Origin: an uncultured Actinomycetota bacterium
GTDB taxonomy: Bacteria; Actinomycetota; Actinomycetes; Streptosporangiales; Streptosporangiaceae
Assembly: GCA_963805705.1 (NCBI GenBank)
Contig: CAWDVH010000001.1
Coordinates: forward strand, 2,829,198 to 2,893,197
Direction: 5' to 3'
DNA length: 64,000 bases
In this document: one piece after another, positions 1 to 7,745 of the stretch
Numbering within the stretch: position 1 is the first letter of the stretch
Layout of the letters: each line of letters starts with the position of its first letter
The notes under the pieces: generated by a model
What the model saw: only the letters and a program-made list of their open reading frames with translations
Told to the model about the DNA's origin: nothing
Database searches by the model: none
Made by a program: the position numbers and the translations under genes

Positions 1-452
1 CCGCCGCGCAGCGTGACCGGGTCGTCTCCTTCATCGAGCAGGGAATCGCCGAGGGCGCGCGAGTGGCCATCGGGGGCACGGCTCCGCCCGACGGACTGGA
101 CGTCGGCTACTACGTGCGCCCGACCGTCTTCGCGGACGTGACGCCCGAGATGACGATCGCTCAGGAGGAGATCTTCGGCCCGGTCCTGTCCGTCATCGGC
201 TACCGCACCGAGCAGGAGGCCATCGCTATCGCCAACGGCACGCCGTATGGCCTCGCGGCGGGCGTCTGGTCGGCCGATCAGGATCACGCGGTGACGATCG
301 CCCGGCAGCTTCGCGCCGGGCAGGTCGAGATCAACGGGGGCGCCTTCAACGCGGCGGCGCCGTTTGGCGGGTTCGGCCAGTCCGGCTACGGCCGGGAGCT
401 CGGAGTGCATGGCCTCGAGGAGTTCCTGGAGATCAAGTCGCTGCAGTTCTGA
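1..452 (+). CDS. Aldehyde dehydrogenase family protein, C-terminal fragment (5' end lies outside the window)
   Basis: ORF 63..452 translates to [10 protein letters not shown]...[11 protein letters not shown]...EEFLEIKS, the conserved C-terminal catalytic region of NAD(P)-dependent aldehyde dehydrogenases. The frame is open to base 1. Confidence 0.85.
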   Translation, partial: AAQRDRVVSFIEQGIAEGARVAIGGTAPPDGLDVGYYVRPTVFADVTPEMTIAQEEIFGPVLSVIGYRTEQEAIAIANGTPYGLAAGVWSADQDHAVTIARQLRAGQVEINGGAFNAAAPFGGFGQSGYGRELGVHGLEEFLEIKSLQF

Positions 453-478
453 CCCGGCGGGCGGGCCCGCCCGCCCGG
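453..478. terminator. Perfect GC palindrome (ggcgggcggg/cccgcccgcc) immediately after the ALDH stop codon; likely an intrinsic terminator-like hairpin
   Basis: A 10-nt arm and its exact reverse complement lie directly 3' of the TGA at 450-452. There is no T-tract, which is usual in high-GC actinobacteria. Confidence 0.45.
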
Positions 479-599
479 ACCACGGGTCCGTGGCGGCGCG
501 CGGTTCATCCGGGCCGCCCCAGGAGGTCTATACCCCAGGGGGGTATGGTGGCCGGATGAGCCGCGCGGTGGCACGACGACAGCCAGGGGCCGGGCCGTC

Positions 600-1805
600 A
601 TGAGATGGGTGGACGCCCTGACCCATGCGCTGGCCATCGCCGGATCGATGACCTGGCAGATTCTGTGGGCCCTCATCCTGGGCTTCGGGCTGTCGGCGGT
701 AGTGCAGGCCGCCGTGCGGCGCGGCACGATCGTCCGGCTGCTGGGCGACGACCGGCCCCGGACCCTGGCCGTGGCCACGGGTTTCGGCGCCGCCTCCTCC
801 TCGTGCTCTTATGCGGCCGTGGCCCTGGCCAGGTCGCTGTTCCGCAAGGGAGCCAGCTTCACCGCCGCCATGGCGTTCGAGATCGCCTCCACCAACCTGG
901 TCGTGGAGCTCGGCGTGATCCTGGCCCTGCTCCTCGGCTGGCAGTTCACCCTGGCCGAGTTCGTCGGCGGCCCGATCATGATCGTCCTTCTGGCGCTGCT
1001 GTTCCGGCTCGCGCTCCGCCAGCGGCTGATCGACGCCGCAGCGGCGCAGGCCGACAAGGGCCTGGCGGGCTCGATGGAGGGTCACGCCGGCATGGACATG
1101 ACGATCCAGGGCGACGGGAGCCTGTGGCGCCGGCTGCGGTCACGGCAGGCGTTCACGTCGGTGTCGCATGTCTTCGTGATGGAGTGGGCCGCGGTGATCC
1201 GTGACATCGTCATCGGCCTGCTCATCGCCGGCGCGGTCGCCGCCTGGGTACCGGACAGCTTCTGGGGTCACCTCTTCCTGTCCGGGCATCCGGTGGCGTC
1301 GAAGATCTGGGGGCCGCTCATCGGCCCGGTCATCAGCATGCTCAGCTTCGTCTGCTCGATCGGCAATGTCCCGCTGGCCGGGGTGCTGTGGAACGGCGGG
1401 ATCAGCTTCGGCGGCGTGGTGGCGTTCATTTTCGCGGACCTGATCATCCTGCCGATCCTGGTGATCTACCGGAAGTACTACGGCACCAGGATGATGCTGT
1501 TCATCCTGGCCAGCTTCTACGCCACCATGGTCTCCGCCGGGTATGCCATCGAGCTGATCTTCGGCGGCCTGGGCCTCATCCCGGCGGGACGCCACGCCCG
1601 GGTGGCGGAGGCATCCATCCAGTGGAACTACACCACCGTGCTCAACATCATCTTCCTGCTCATCGCCGCTGCGCTGTGCTACCGCTTCGTCCGTACCGGC
1701 GGCATCCCGATGCTCAAGATGATGGGGGGCGCCCCCGACGATGTCAGCCCGCATGACCACCACGCCCACCCCGCGGTCAGCGGGGATCGTCCGGTACACG
1801 GCTGA
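600..1805 (+). CDS. Polytopic membrane permease (DUF318/YraQ-like predicted permease)
   Basis: A 401-aa ORF with about 8-10 hydrophobic helices. It carries Cys-containing motifs (SSCSYAAVA, FVCSIGNVPLAGVLW) typical of the DUF318 permease family. Confidence 0.7.
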   Translation: MRWVDALTHALAIAGSMTWQILWALILGFGLSAVVQAAVRRGTIVRLLGDDRPRTLAVATGFGAASSSCSYAAVALARSLFRKGASFTAAMAFEIASTNLVVELGVILALLLGWQFTLAEFVGGPIMIVLLALLFRLALRQRLIDAAAAQADKGLAGSMEGHAGMDMTIQGDGSLWRRLRSRQAFTSVSHVFVMEWAAVIRDIVIGLLIAGAVAAWVPDSFWGHLFLSGHPVASKIWGPLIGPVISMLSFVCSIGNVPLAGVLWNGGISFGGVVAFIFADLIILPILVIYRKYYGTRMMLFILASFYATMVSAGYAIELIFGGLGLIPAGRHARVAEASIQWNYTTVLNIIFLLIAAALCYRFVRTGGIPMLKMMGGAPDDVSPHDHHAHPAVSGDRPVHG

Positions 1806-2325
1806 TGTGGCGCAGGAGGTAGGTGGAGAAGTAGTCCCCGTACTTGCGCTGCAGTTCCGGGCGCTGCCAGTCCCGGCCGCTGATCGTGCCGCGGCACGAG
1901 GCAGTCCCGCACCCGCACAGCATGACACCGTCGTAGTTGTCGAACAGCGCGTAGTCGGTGGTCAGCTCCTCGCCCGCGGCGACGTCGCGCATCGCCACCA
2001 GGACGATGTTCCCGGCGAAGCCGACGTTGGGTGCGCACGAGTGGTTCAGGAAGAGCATCACCGGCTCGTACTCGGCGTCGGTCAGCGCCACGAGGTGAAA
2101 GCCGTCAGCGATCTGCACGTCGGTGTTGCGCAGCTTCTCCGGCAGGGAGTGCAAGGTCGGGGTGTCCACGATGTGGCCGCCTTTGATCGCGACGATCTCG
2201 TCCCTGGCGATCGGCGCCACCGCGATCAGGCCCCGGCCCTGGATCGGGCTGGGCTGGCCCTTGGCGGCCTTGGGGGAGATGTAGGTGGAGACCAGCACGA
2301 ACGCCGCCTTCCTCGGGGTAGTCAT
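1777..2325 (-). CDS. SET domain-containing protein (putative protein-lysine methyltransferase)
   Basis: 182 aa containing NHSCAPN ... GEELTTDY ... CGCGTASCRG, the classic SET and post-SET Cys cluster. Its 3' end overlaps the convergent permease by 29 nt. Confidence 0.85.
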   Translation of the reverse strand: MTTPRKAAFVLVSTYISPKAAKGQPSPIQGRGLIAVAPIARDEIVAIKGGHIVDTPTLHSLPEKLRNTDVQIADGFHLVALTDAEYEPVMLFLNHSCAPNVGFAGNIVLVAMRDVAAGEELTTDYALFDNYDGVMLCGCGTASCRGTISGRDWQRPELQRKYGDYFSTYLLRHISRVPDDPR

Positions 2326-2516
2326 CAGGCCAGGCCGGTTAGCGGCCAGCGTAAGCGCGAATCGGGGCTAGCGGCCATCAGGAGACGCCGGCGCCACGCA
2401 CCTGGTCCTTTCCCGCTCCCGCCCTGGCCCCCGAGCCGGGCAGATGGCTCGCCGACGAGATCATCGAGCCCGTCCTCGCCGAGGTCCCCGGGGAGCTGAG
2501 CCCGTAGGGTCGTCTG

Positions 2517-3110
2517 GTGGTGACACGCTGGCAAGGCTGGCTCGCGGCAATAGTGGTCACGCTGGTGACGGTGACCCTGGTGATCCTGGATCTGACCGAC
2601 GACGGGTTCCGGCGCTGGTGGGTGCGTCACGCGCTGACCACCGACACGGTGTCGGGTGTGCTCGTGCTGCTGGTCACGCTCCTGGTCGTTGACCAGCTGG
2701 TCCGCAGGCGGCAGATCAGTGACCGGTCCCGCGCCGTCGCAGCGCAGGCGGCCATCATGCTCAGCCAGGCCACCCGCTCGGCCACGGCCATGTCGTCGAT
2801 GCTGGCGGGCACGGGCGAGCGCGGCGACGCGGCCGACGAGGTCCGGACCTACATGATCGTGCTGCTGGTCGGTGCTCCGGTCCTGATGGACGCGAGGGTT
2901 TCGCGGAATTTCCTGGAGCTAGCCCAGCACCTCGGCGGCCAGATGGCGCACCTGCTCGCGACCACGGGCCAGACGCCGGGCGCGACCGCCGCCACGTCCA
3001 GCGCCCGGCTCGACGACACGGTCCGGCGACTTCGGGCCGCATCGGCTCCGCTGCTGGCGCTCCTCACTCCCGGGGAGCGAGTCGCCGCTAGCGGGGACGA
3101 CTCTGGCTGA
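2517..3110 (+). CDS. Hypothetical membrane-associated protein
   Basis: A 197-aa ORF with two N-terminal hydrophobic segments (VVTLVTVTLVIL, VLVLLVTLLVV). No recognisable domain; codon usage is consistent with the rest of the window. Confidence 0.45.
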   Translation: MVTRWQGWLAAIVVTLVTVTLVILDLTDDGFRRWWVRHALTTDTVSGVLVLLVTLLVVDQLVRRRQISDRSRAVAAQAAIMLSQATRSATAMSSMLAGTGERGDAADEVRTYMIVLLVGAPVLMDARVSRNFLELAQHLGGQMAHLLATTGQTPGATAATSSARLDDTVRRLRAASAPLLALLTPGERVAASGDDSG

Positions 3111-3694
3111 GCAGCGGCACCGGCCACGGCCGGCCTGTGACCGGCAGTTCCGGCGGCAATAACCGGCGGGCCCTCCGGCGTGAGCGCCGTCCGGATCCTG
3201 ACCCGGGCACTGGCTGACTGGCCGGCGATGCGCCGGCCTCCTCCGCCGCTGGGGCCTCCGCCGTCGTCGCCGGGGCCGTCGCCGGCGCCGGGGCCGCGGG
3301 GGCCGTCGCCGGGGCCGCCGGGGGGCTTACCGCTGGCTGGCTGTCCGGTGAGCGGCCAGGTGGCGGGGGACCGCCCGCTCTGGCCGGCCCGCCCGTTCCG
3401 GGTGACCGGACCCTTCCGGGCGATCCGGCGGGTGCGGGCGACCGGGCGGCTTGCGCGGCAGGGCCGGGGCGCGCCGTGCCATGAGCGCTCGCCGGGCTGC
3501 TGGCTGGCCTGCTGCGGCCGGCGGCGCTGGCCTCGGCGGCGGCCTCGTCCGCCGGGAGCGGCCGGGAGACATCCCTGGCCCGCATCGCCGCGTCCACCGT
3601 TATCTTCATTCCAGCCATCGGTCCTCCTGGCTGCCAGTCTCGCATCCGATGGGCTGGCCAGGGAGGGCGGCGGCGCTGCTGGCTTTCCGTGGCA

Positions 3695-4954
3695 TCAGAA
3701 CGGGGTCGTGCACCAGGGGGCCAGATCCCACGACAGGGCGGCCGACAGCGCCCGGAGCGCTCCGGGGCGAATCTCGCCCGCCTGGCCCGCGGCGGCCAGC
3801 GCGCTGAGGCTCCGGCCGCCGAGATAGGCGGCACCGAGCGTGCGCACCGGCAGGACAACATCGGCGGCGGCTGACGTCCGCTCGCAGCTGGCCCCGCCCT
3901 GGCCGCCGCCGCCGGCCCGCAGCCGCCACCGGCCCGCGTTCGCGGCAAGCAGGTCGTCAGCTACCTCGATGACCACGTCCACGTCGCAGGCATAACTCCG
4001 CTGGGCCAGCGCCGCCGGGACGTCCGTCAGCCGGATCCACAGCCCGTCGGTCAGGTAGGGGCGAGCCCGGCGGCGGTCGGCCAGCATGTACAGCAGGGGC
4101 TCATCGACGGCACGCCTCCAGGCGCGCACCTCGCCCACCAGGTCTCTGGACAGCAGGTCACTCCAGATGGCCGCGCAGGCGGGCGGGTCGACGGCCATCA
4201 GCTCCCTGATGCCCAGCACCCCGCCCGGGATGCCGTCTTCGCCCCACTCCGGCCGCACGGAGTACAGCGCGTACCCGCGCGGCCCGGCGTCATCCTCGGC
4301 GATCAGGCACCGCAGCGGGGAGGCACCGTTCCGTGCGAACTCTGGATCGGCAAGCCGGTAGTCCCACCAGCGATCGTCCCTGGCCAGCAGGCCAGGACGG
4401 CCGGGAAGAAGCGCGTCATAGACCTTGGCCAGCTCGGCCTTCGCCTCGGCCGGCTCAGCGAGCCTGAGCCGCGCCTCGCCTGCCGTGACGCCGTCCTCGG
4501 CCTGCGGGCGGAGCAGCGCGCCTTCGCCGCGCCTGATCGCCAGGCGAAGATGGTCCGAGGCCACGCCATATCCGTACCGGCCGTAGATGCTGGATTCCGA
4601 GGAGAACAAGGCCGCCACCGCCTCGCCGCGTTCCCTGATGTCGGTGAGCTGACGGCTCATCAGGGACGTCAGGATCCCGCGGCGCCGGTGGGATGGCAGC
4701 ACGCTGACCGCCGTGACGCCCGCAGCTCCCGTCACGCCGCCCGGAACTGTCAGCCGGAACGTGCAGGCGAAGGTCGTCCCCACCATGCGGGCACCGTCGA
4801 ATGCCGCCAGGCTGCGGTCGGCTTCGAAGATAGTGCTCTCATGCCGCAGCACGGGCTCGGTTGGCCAGCTTGAGTTGAAGGCGTACTCGCCCACAGCGAA
4901 GAAGGCGGGGAACTCATCTTCTGCGGTCGGCCGGATCGGGTAAGCGTCAGTCAT
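3695..4954 (-). CDS. Eis-like GNAT N-acetyltransferase (GNAT plus sterol-carrier-like C-terminal domain)
   Basis: ORF 3695..5017; the likely start is the internal ATG at 4954 (MTDAYPIRPTAEDEF...). Motifs include HRRRGILTSLM and IYGRYGY, and the length matches mycobacterial Eis-family proteins. Confidence 0.75.
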   Translation of the reverse strand: MTDAYPIRPTAEDEFPAFFAVGEYAFNSSWPTEPVLRHESTIFEADRSLAAFDGARMVGTTFACTFRLTVPGGVTGAAGVTAVSVLPSHRRRGILTSLMSRQLTDIRERGEAVAALFSSESSIYGRYGYGVASDHLRLAIRRGEGALLRPQAEDGVTAGEARLRLAEPAEAKAELAKVYDALLPGRPGLLARDDRWWDYRLADPEFARNGASPLRCLIAEDDAGPRGYALYSVRPEWGEDGIPGGVLGIRELMAVDPPACAAIWSDLLSRDLVGEVRAWRRAVDEPLLYMLADRRRARPYLTDGLWIRLTDVPAALAQRSYACDVDVVIEVADDLLAANAGRWRLRAGGGGQGGASCERTSAAADVVLPVRTLGAAYLGGRSLSALAAAGQAGEIRPGALRALSAALSWDLAPWCTTPF

Positions 4955-5090
4955 GCATGCATTCGTACCCCGGGTACGGGAACTTGCGCGACTAGATATC
5001 AGCCTCGTGGCCTGCATCTGGCGGCAAGCTCCAGTTCACGGGCGAACGACCTGATGCCGGGGCGCCCGGTACCGGTACAGTGCCCGCATC

Positions 5091-6191
5091 ATGGTTTCTC
5101 GTTTCGGCCGCCGGATCTCGGCGGCGGCCCAGCTCCTTGCGCTGCGGGCCAGCGGCCTGATCCAGCGGCAGTTCATCACGCGGAACCGCCGGCTGGCCTT
5201 CGGGCTGTCGCTCTGCGTCCTGGCCATCGGCAGCGCCGCGGTCCGGGTGGCGGGGGGATGGGTCTCGCCCGGCGTCATGATCCTGCCGATCCTGGCGGGC
5301 GGGCTGCTGCTGTGGCCGCGCGCGCTGCGCATCCTGTTCGTCATCGTGGCGGGGGTACTGACCTACGACTGGCTGCAGCACCGGGTCGGCCCTGGCATCA
5401 CGGCCACGATAGTGATCACCGCCCTGTTCGCCGATGTCCTGGCCCGGACCAGGGCGAAGCTCGGTGTCCTGGGCCTGCGCGGTGATCAGATGCTGATCGA
5501 GCTGCGGGACAGGATCCGGGCCCAAAGCAGGCTGCCTGCCCTGCCGGAGGGCTGGAAGTCCACCTCCGTGCTCAAGCCGGCCGGCGGCTCATCGTTCGGT
5601 GGCGATTTCCTGGTGTCCGCCTGCGAGGACAAGACCCTGGAGGTGGCGCTCGTCGACGTGTCCGGCAAGGGGATCGACGCAGGCACCAGGGCCCTGCTGC
5701 TCTCCGGCGCGTTCGGCGGGCTGCTCGGCTCGGTACCCAGGGAGGAATTCCTGGCGTCCTGCAATTCCTACCTGCGGCGCGACACCCCGGCCGAGGGATT
5801 CGTCACCGCCATCCATCTCTCGCTGGATCTCGCCACAGGCGACTACGTGGTGGCCTCGGCCGGGCACCCGCCGGCCGCGCACTTTGAGGCCGGAAGCGGG
5901 ACCTGGCGGCTGACCCAGGCGCGCGGCATCGTGCTGGGAGTGGTCCCTGACCTGCGCAGCGTGCCCGAGCAGGGAACCCTGAGGCCAGGTGATGCACTGA
6001 TGCTCTACACCGACGGGCTGGTCGAGGTGCCAGGCCGGGACATCGACGCTGGCATCGACCGGCTGCTCGGCGAGGCTGACCGGCTGGTGACGTCCGGCTT
6101 CAGCCAGGGTGCCAGCAAGCTCGTCCAGACGATGCGGGAGGGGGTCCGGGGCTCAGACGACTGCGCGCTGGTCCTTATCTGGCGGGCGTGA
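5091..6191 (+). CDS. Membrane-anchored PP2C-family serine/threonine phosphatase (SpoIIE-like)
   Basis: An N-terminal region of about 3 TM helices is followed by PP2C motifs (GGDF...DVSGKGIDAG...YTDGLVE...DD). Confidence 0.85.
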   Translation: MVSRFGRRISAAAQLLALRASGLIQRQFITRNRRLAFGLSLCVLAIGSAAVRVAGGWVSPGVMILPILAGGLLLWPRALRILFVIVAGVLTYDWLQHRVGPGITATIVITALFADVLARTRAKLGVLGLRGDQMLIELRDRIRAQSRLPALPEGWKSTSVLKPAGGSSFGGDFLVSACEDKTLEVALVDVSGKGIDAGTRALLLSGAFGGLLGSVPREEFLASCNSYLRRDTPAEGFVTAIHLSLDLATGDYVVASAGHPPAAHFEAGSGTWRLTQARGIVLGVVPDLRSVPEQGTLRPGDALMLYTDGLVEVPGRDIDAGIDRLLGEADRLVTSGFSQGASKLVQTMREGVRGSDDCALVLIWRA

Positions 6192-6840
6192 TGTAGCTGG
6201 CGCTGCCGGTGAGCTGCCGGAGCGCATTCTCGACCAGCGCGACCAGAGCATCACGGCAGGACGCTCTCTGCCGCGCATCGACCAGGACGACAGGCACGTC
6301 GTCCGTCAGGTCGAGGGCCGCCCGCACGGTCTCGGGATGATAGCGCGTGGCGCCCTCGAAGCAGTTCACGGCCACGATGAAGGGCGTGCGATTGCGCTCG
6401 AAATAGTCGACGGACGGGAAGCAATCGGCTAGCCGGCGGGTGTCCGCCATTACTACCGCGCCGAGAGCGCCCAGCGCCAGCTCATCCCACATGAACCAGA
6501 ATCGCTGCTGGCCGGGCGTGCCGAAAAGGTAGATCACCAGATCGTCCCGGATGGTGATACGGCCGAAATCCATCGCGACCGTGGTCGTCGTCTTTTGCTC
6601 TATGCCATCGGTCAGGTCAACTAGCGCGCCGGGCTCGCTCAAGGATTCCTCGGTACGGAGGGGCCGGATCTCGCTGACGGAACTTACCAGCGTCGTCTTG
6701 CCCGCGCCGAAACCGCCCGCGATCAGTATCTTCACCGTCACGGGCATGGTCGGGGAGTAGCCGTCTCTCGCTGCGGGACGGCTCTGCCTATAAGAGCCTG
6801 CGTAGGCCATCGGCGACCTCTCTGAGGATTCGCGGGTCAC
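6175..6840 (-). CDS. cvnD: Conservon GTPase CvnD (Ras-like ATP/GTP-binding protein)
   Basis: P-loop IAGGFGAGKTT, DxxG (FGTPGQ), NCFEG. It is the last gene of the cvnABCD array. An alternative start MPVTV lies at 6747. Confidence 0.85.
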   Translation of the reverse strand: MTRESSERSPMAYAGSYRQSRPAARDGYSPTMPVTVKILIAGGFGAGKTTLVSSVSEIRPLRTEESLSEPGALVDLTDGIEQKTTTTVAMDFGRITIRDDLVIYLFGTPGQQRFWFMWDELALGALGAVVMADTRRLADCFPSVDYFERNRTPFIVAVNCFEGATRYHPETVRAALDLTDDVPVVLVDARQRASCRDALVALVENALRQLTGSASYITPAR

Positions 6841-7162
6841 TGAGCCGGGTCGGCACCGGCTGGTGAATAAAGACCAGGCCGCGTTCCCGCATGTCGGCCA
6901 GCAGTATCCGGACTACGCCCAGCGGCAGATCAAGATCCGCAGCCAGATCGGCGAGAGAAATAGGCAAGCGACACCAGCGCAGCACCTGAGCGTGCTCAGG
7001 CTCGAGGCCCATAGGATCGGGCGGCAGGCCGCGGACGGCGGAGATCAGAGCGATCAGGTCGATGCTCTCTCCGCTCGGCCGGGTCCGGCCCCCGGTCAGC
7101 GCATATGGTCGGACCACGGGACCCGCGTCCTGGTCCAGCCACCGGTCATCTTGCATGTACAT
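6788..7162 (-). CDS. cvnC: Conservon protein CvnC (DUF742)
   Basis: 124 aa reading RPYALTGGRTRP...LDL..L..V, a typical DUF742 sequence. It sits between the Roadblock and GTPase genes. Confidence 0.85.
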   Translation of the reverse strand: MYMQDDRWLDQDAGPVVRPYALTGGRTRPSGESIDLIALISAVRGLPPDPMGLEPEHAQVLRWCRLPISLADLAADLDLPLGVVRILLADMRERGLVFIHQPVPTRLSDPRILREVADGLRRLL

Positions 7163-7166
7163 GAGA

Positions 7167-7577
7167 TTACGTCGCTTCTGCGCCTGTGGACACCGGGCGA
7201 GCGCGCACGGCCAGGTGCTCTCCGACTCGCTTGACGAGCACGGCCATCTCGTAGGCGATCAGGCCGATGTCGGCACCGGAGGTGGCCAGCACCGCCAGGC
7301 AGCTGCCTTCTCCGGCCGCGGTGACAAAGAGGAACGCCGACTCCATCTCGACGATCGTCTGCCGTGGCCGACCGCCGCCGAACTGCTGGCCGACTCCTCG
7401 GGCGAGGCTCTGGAACCCGGCCGCGATGGCGGACAGGTGCTCGGCACCCTCCCGGCCCAGTCCCGTTGATGCTCCGATGGCCAGTCCGTCCCTGGAGAGG
7501 ACGACGGCCTTGTCGATCTGCGCGACTCGCGTCACTAGATCGTTGAGCAGCCAGTCAAGCTCTCCGGCGTAGCTCAT
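7167..7577 (-). CDS. cvnB: Conservon Roadblock/LC7 protein CvnB
   Basis: Start at the ATG at 7577 (MSYAGELDWLLNDLV...), preceded by GGGAGG. Roadblock/LC7 fold motifs are present (VLSRDGLAIGAS). The six-frame ORF extends to 7658. Confidence 0.85.
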   Translation of the reverse strand: MSYAGELDWLLNDLVTRVAQIDKAVVLSRDGLAIGASTGLGREGAEHLSAIAAGFQSLARGVGQQFGGGRPRQTIVEMESAFLFVTAAGEGSCLAVLATSGADIGLIAYEMAVLVKRVGEHLAVRARPVSTGAEAT

Positions 7578-7745
7578 ATTCGGCCTCCCGTGCGGCTCAG
7601 TAAATCCTCGGACACGTGCCGCGTCACTCATCGTTCCGGTGGTCGATCGCGAACTCACCGGTCACCGGCTCAGGATCTATCATGACCTCGGGTACTGGCG
7701 TGCCTGCTGACGAACGGCCGCGCTCCCAGCCCTGCTGCAGCGCCA

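Noticed and set aside
527-548. Inverted repeat atacccc-agg-ggggtat upstream of the permease, as a possible operator
   Set aside because: It is a single 7-bp stem with no second site or recognisable motif, so it is too weak to call.
3088-3948. 286-aa Pro/Ala-rich minus-strand ORF
   Set aside because: It overlaps the 3' end of the Eis-like gene region, has extreme low complexity and no start context. It is kept only as a note in the findings.
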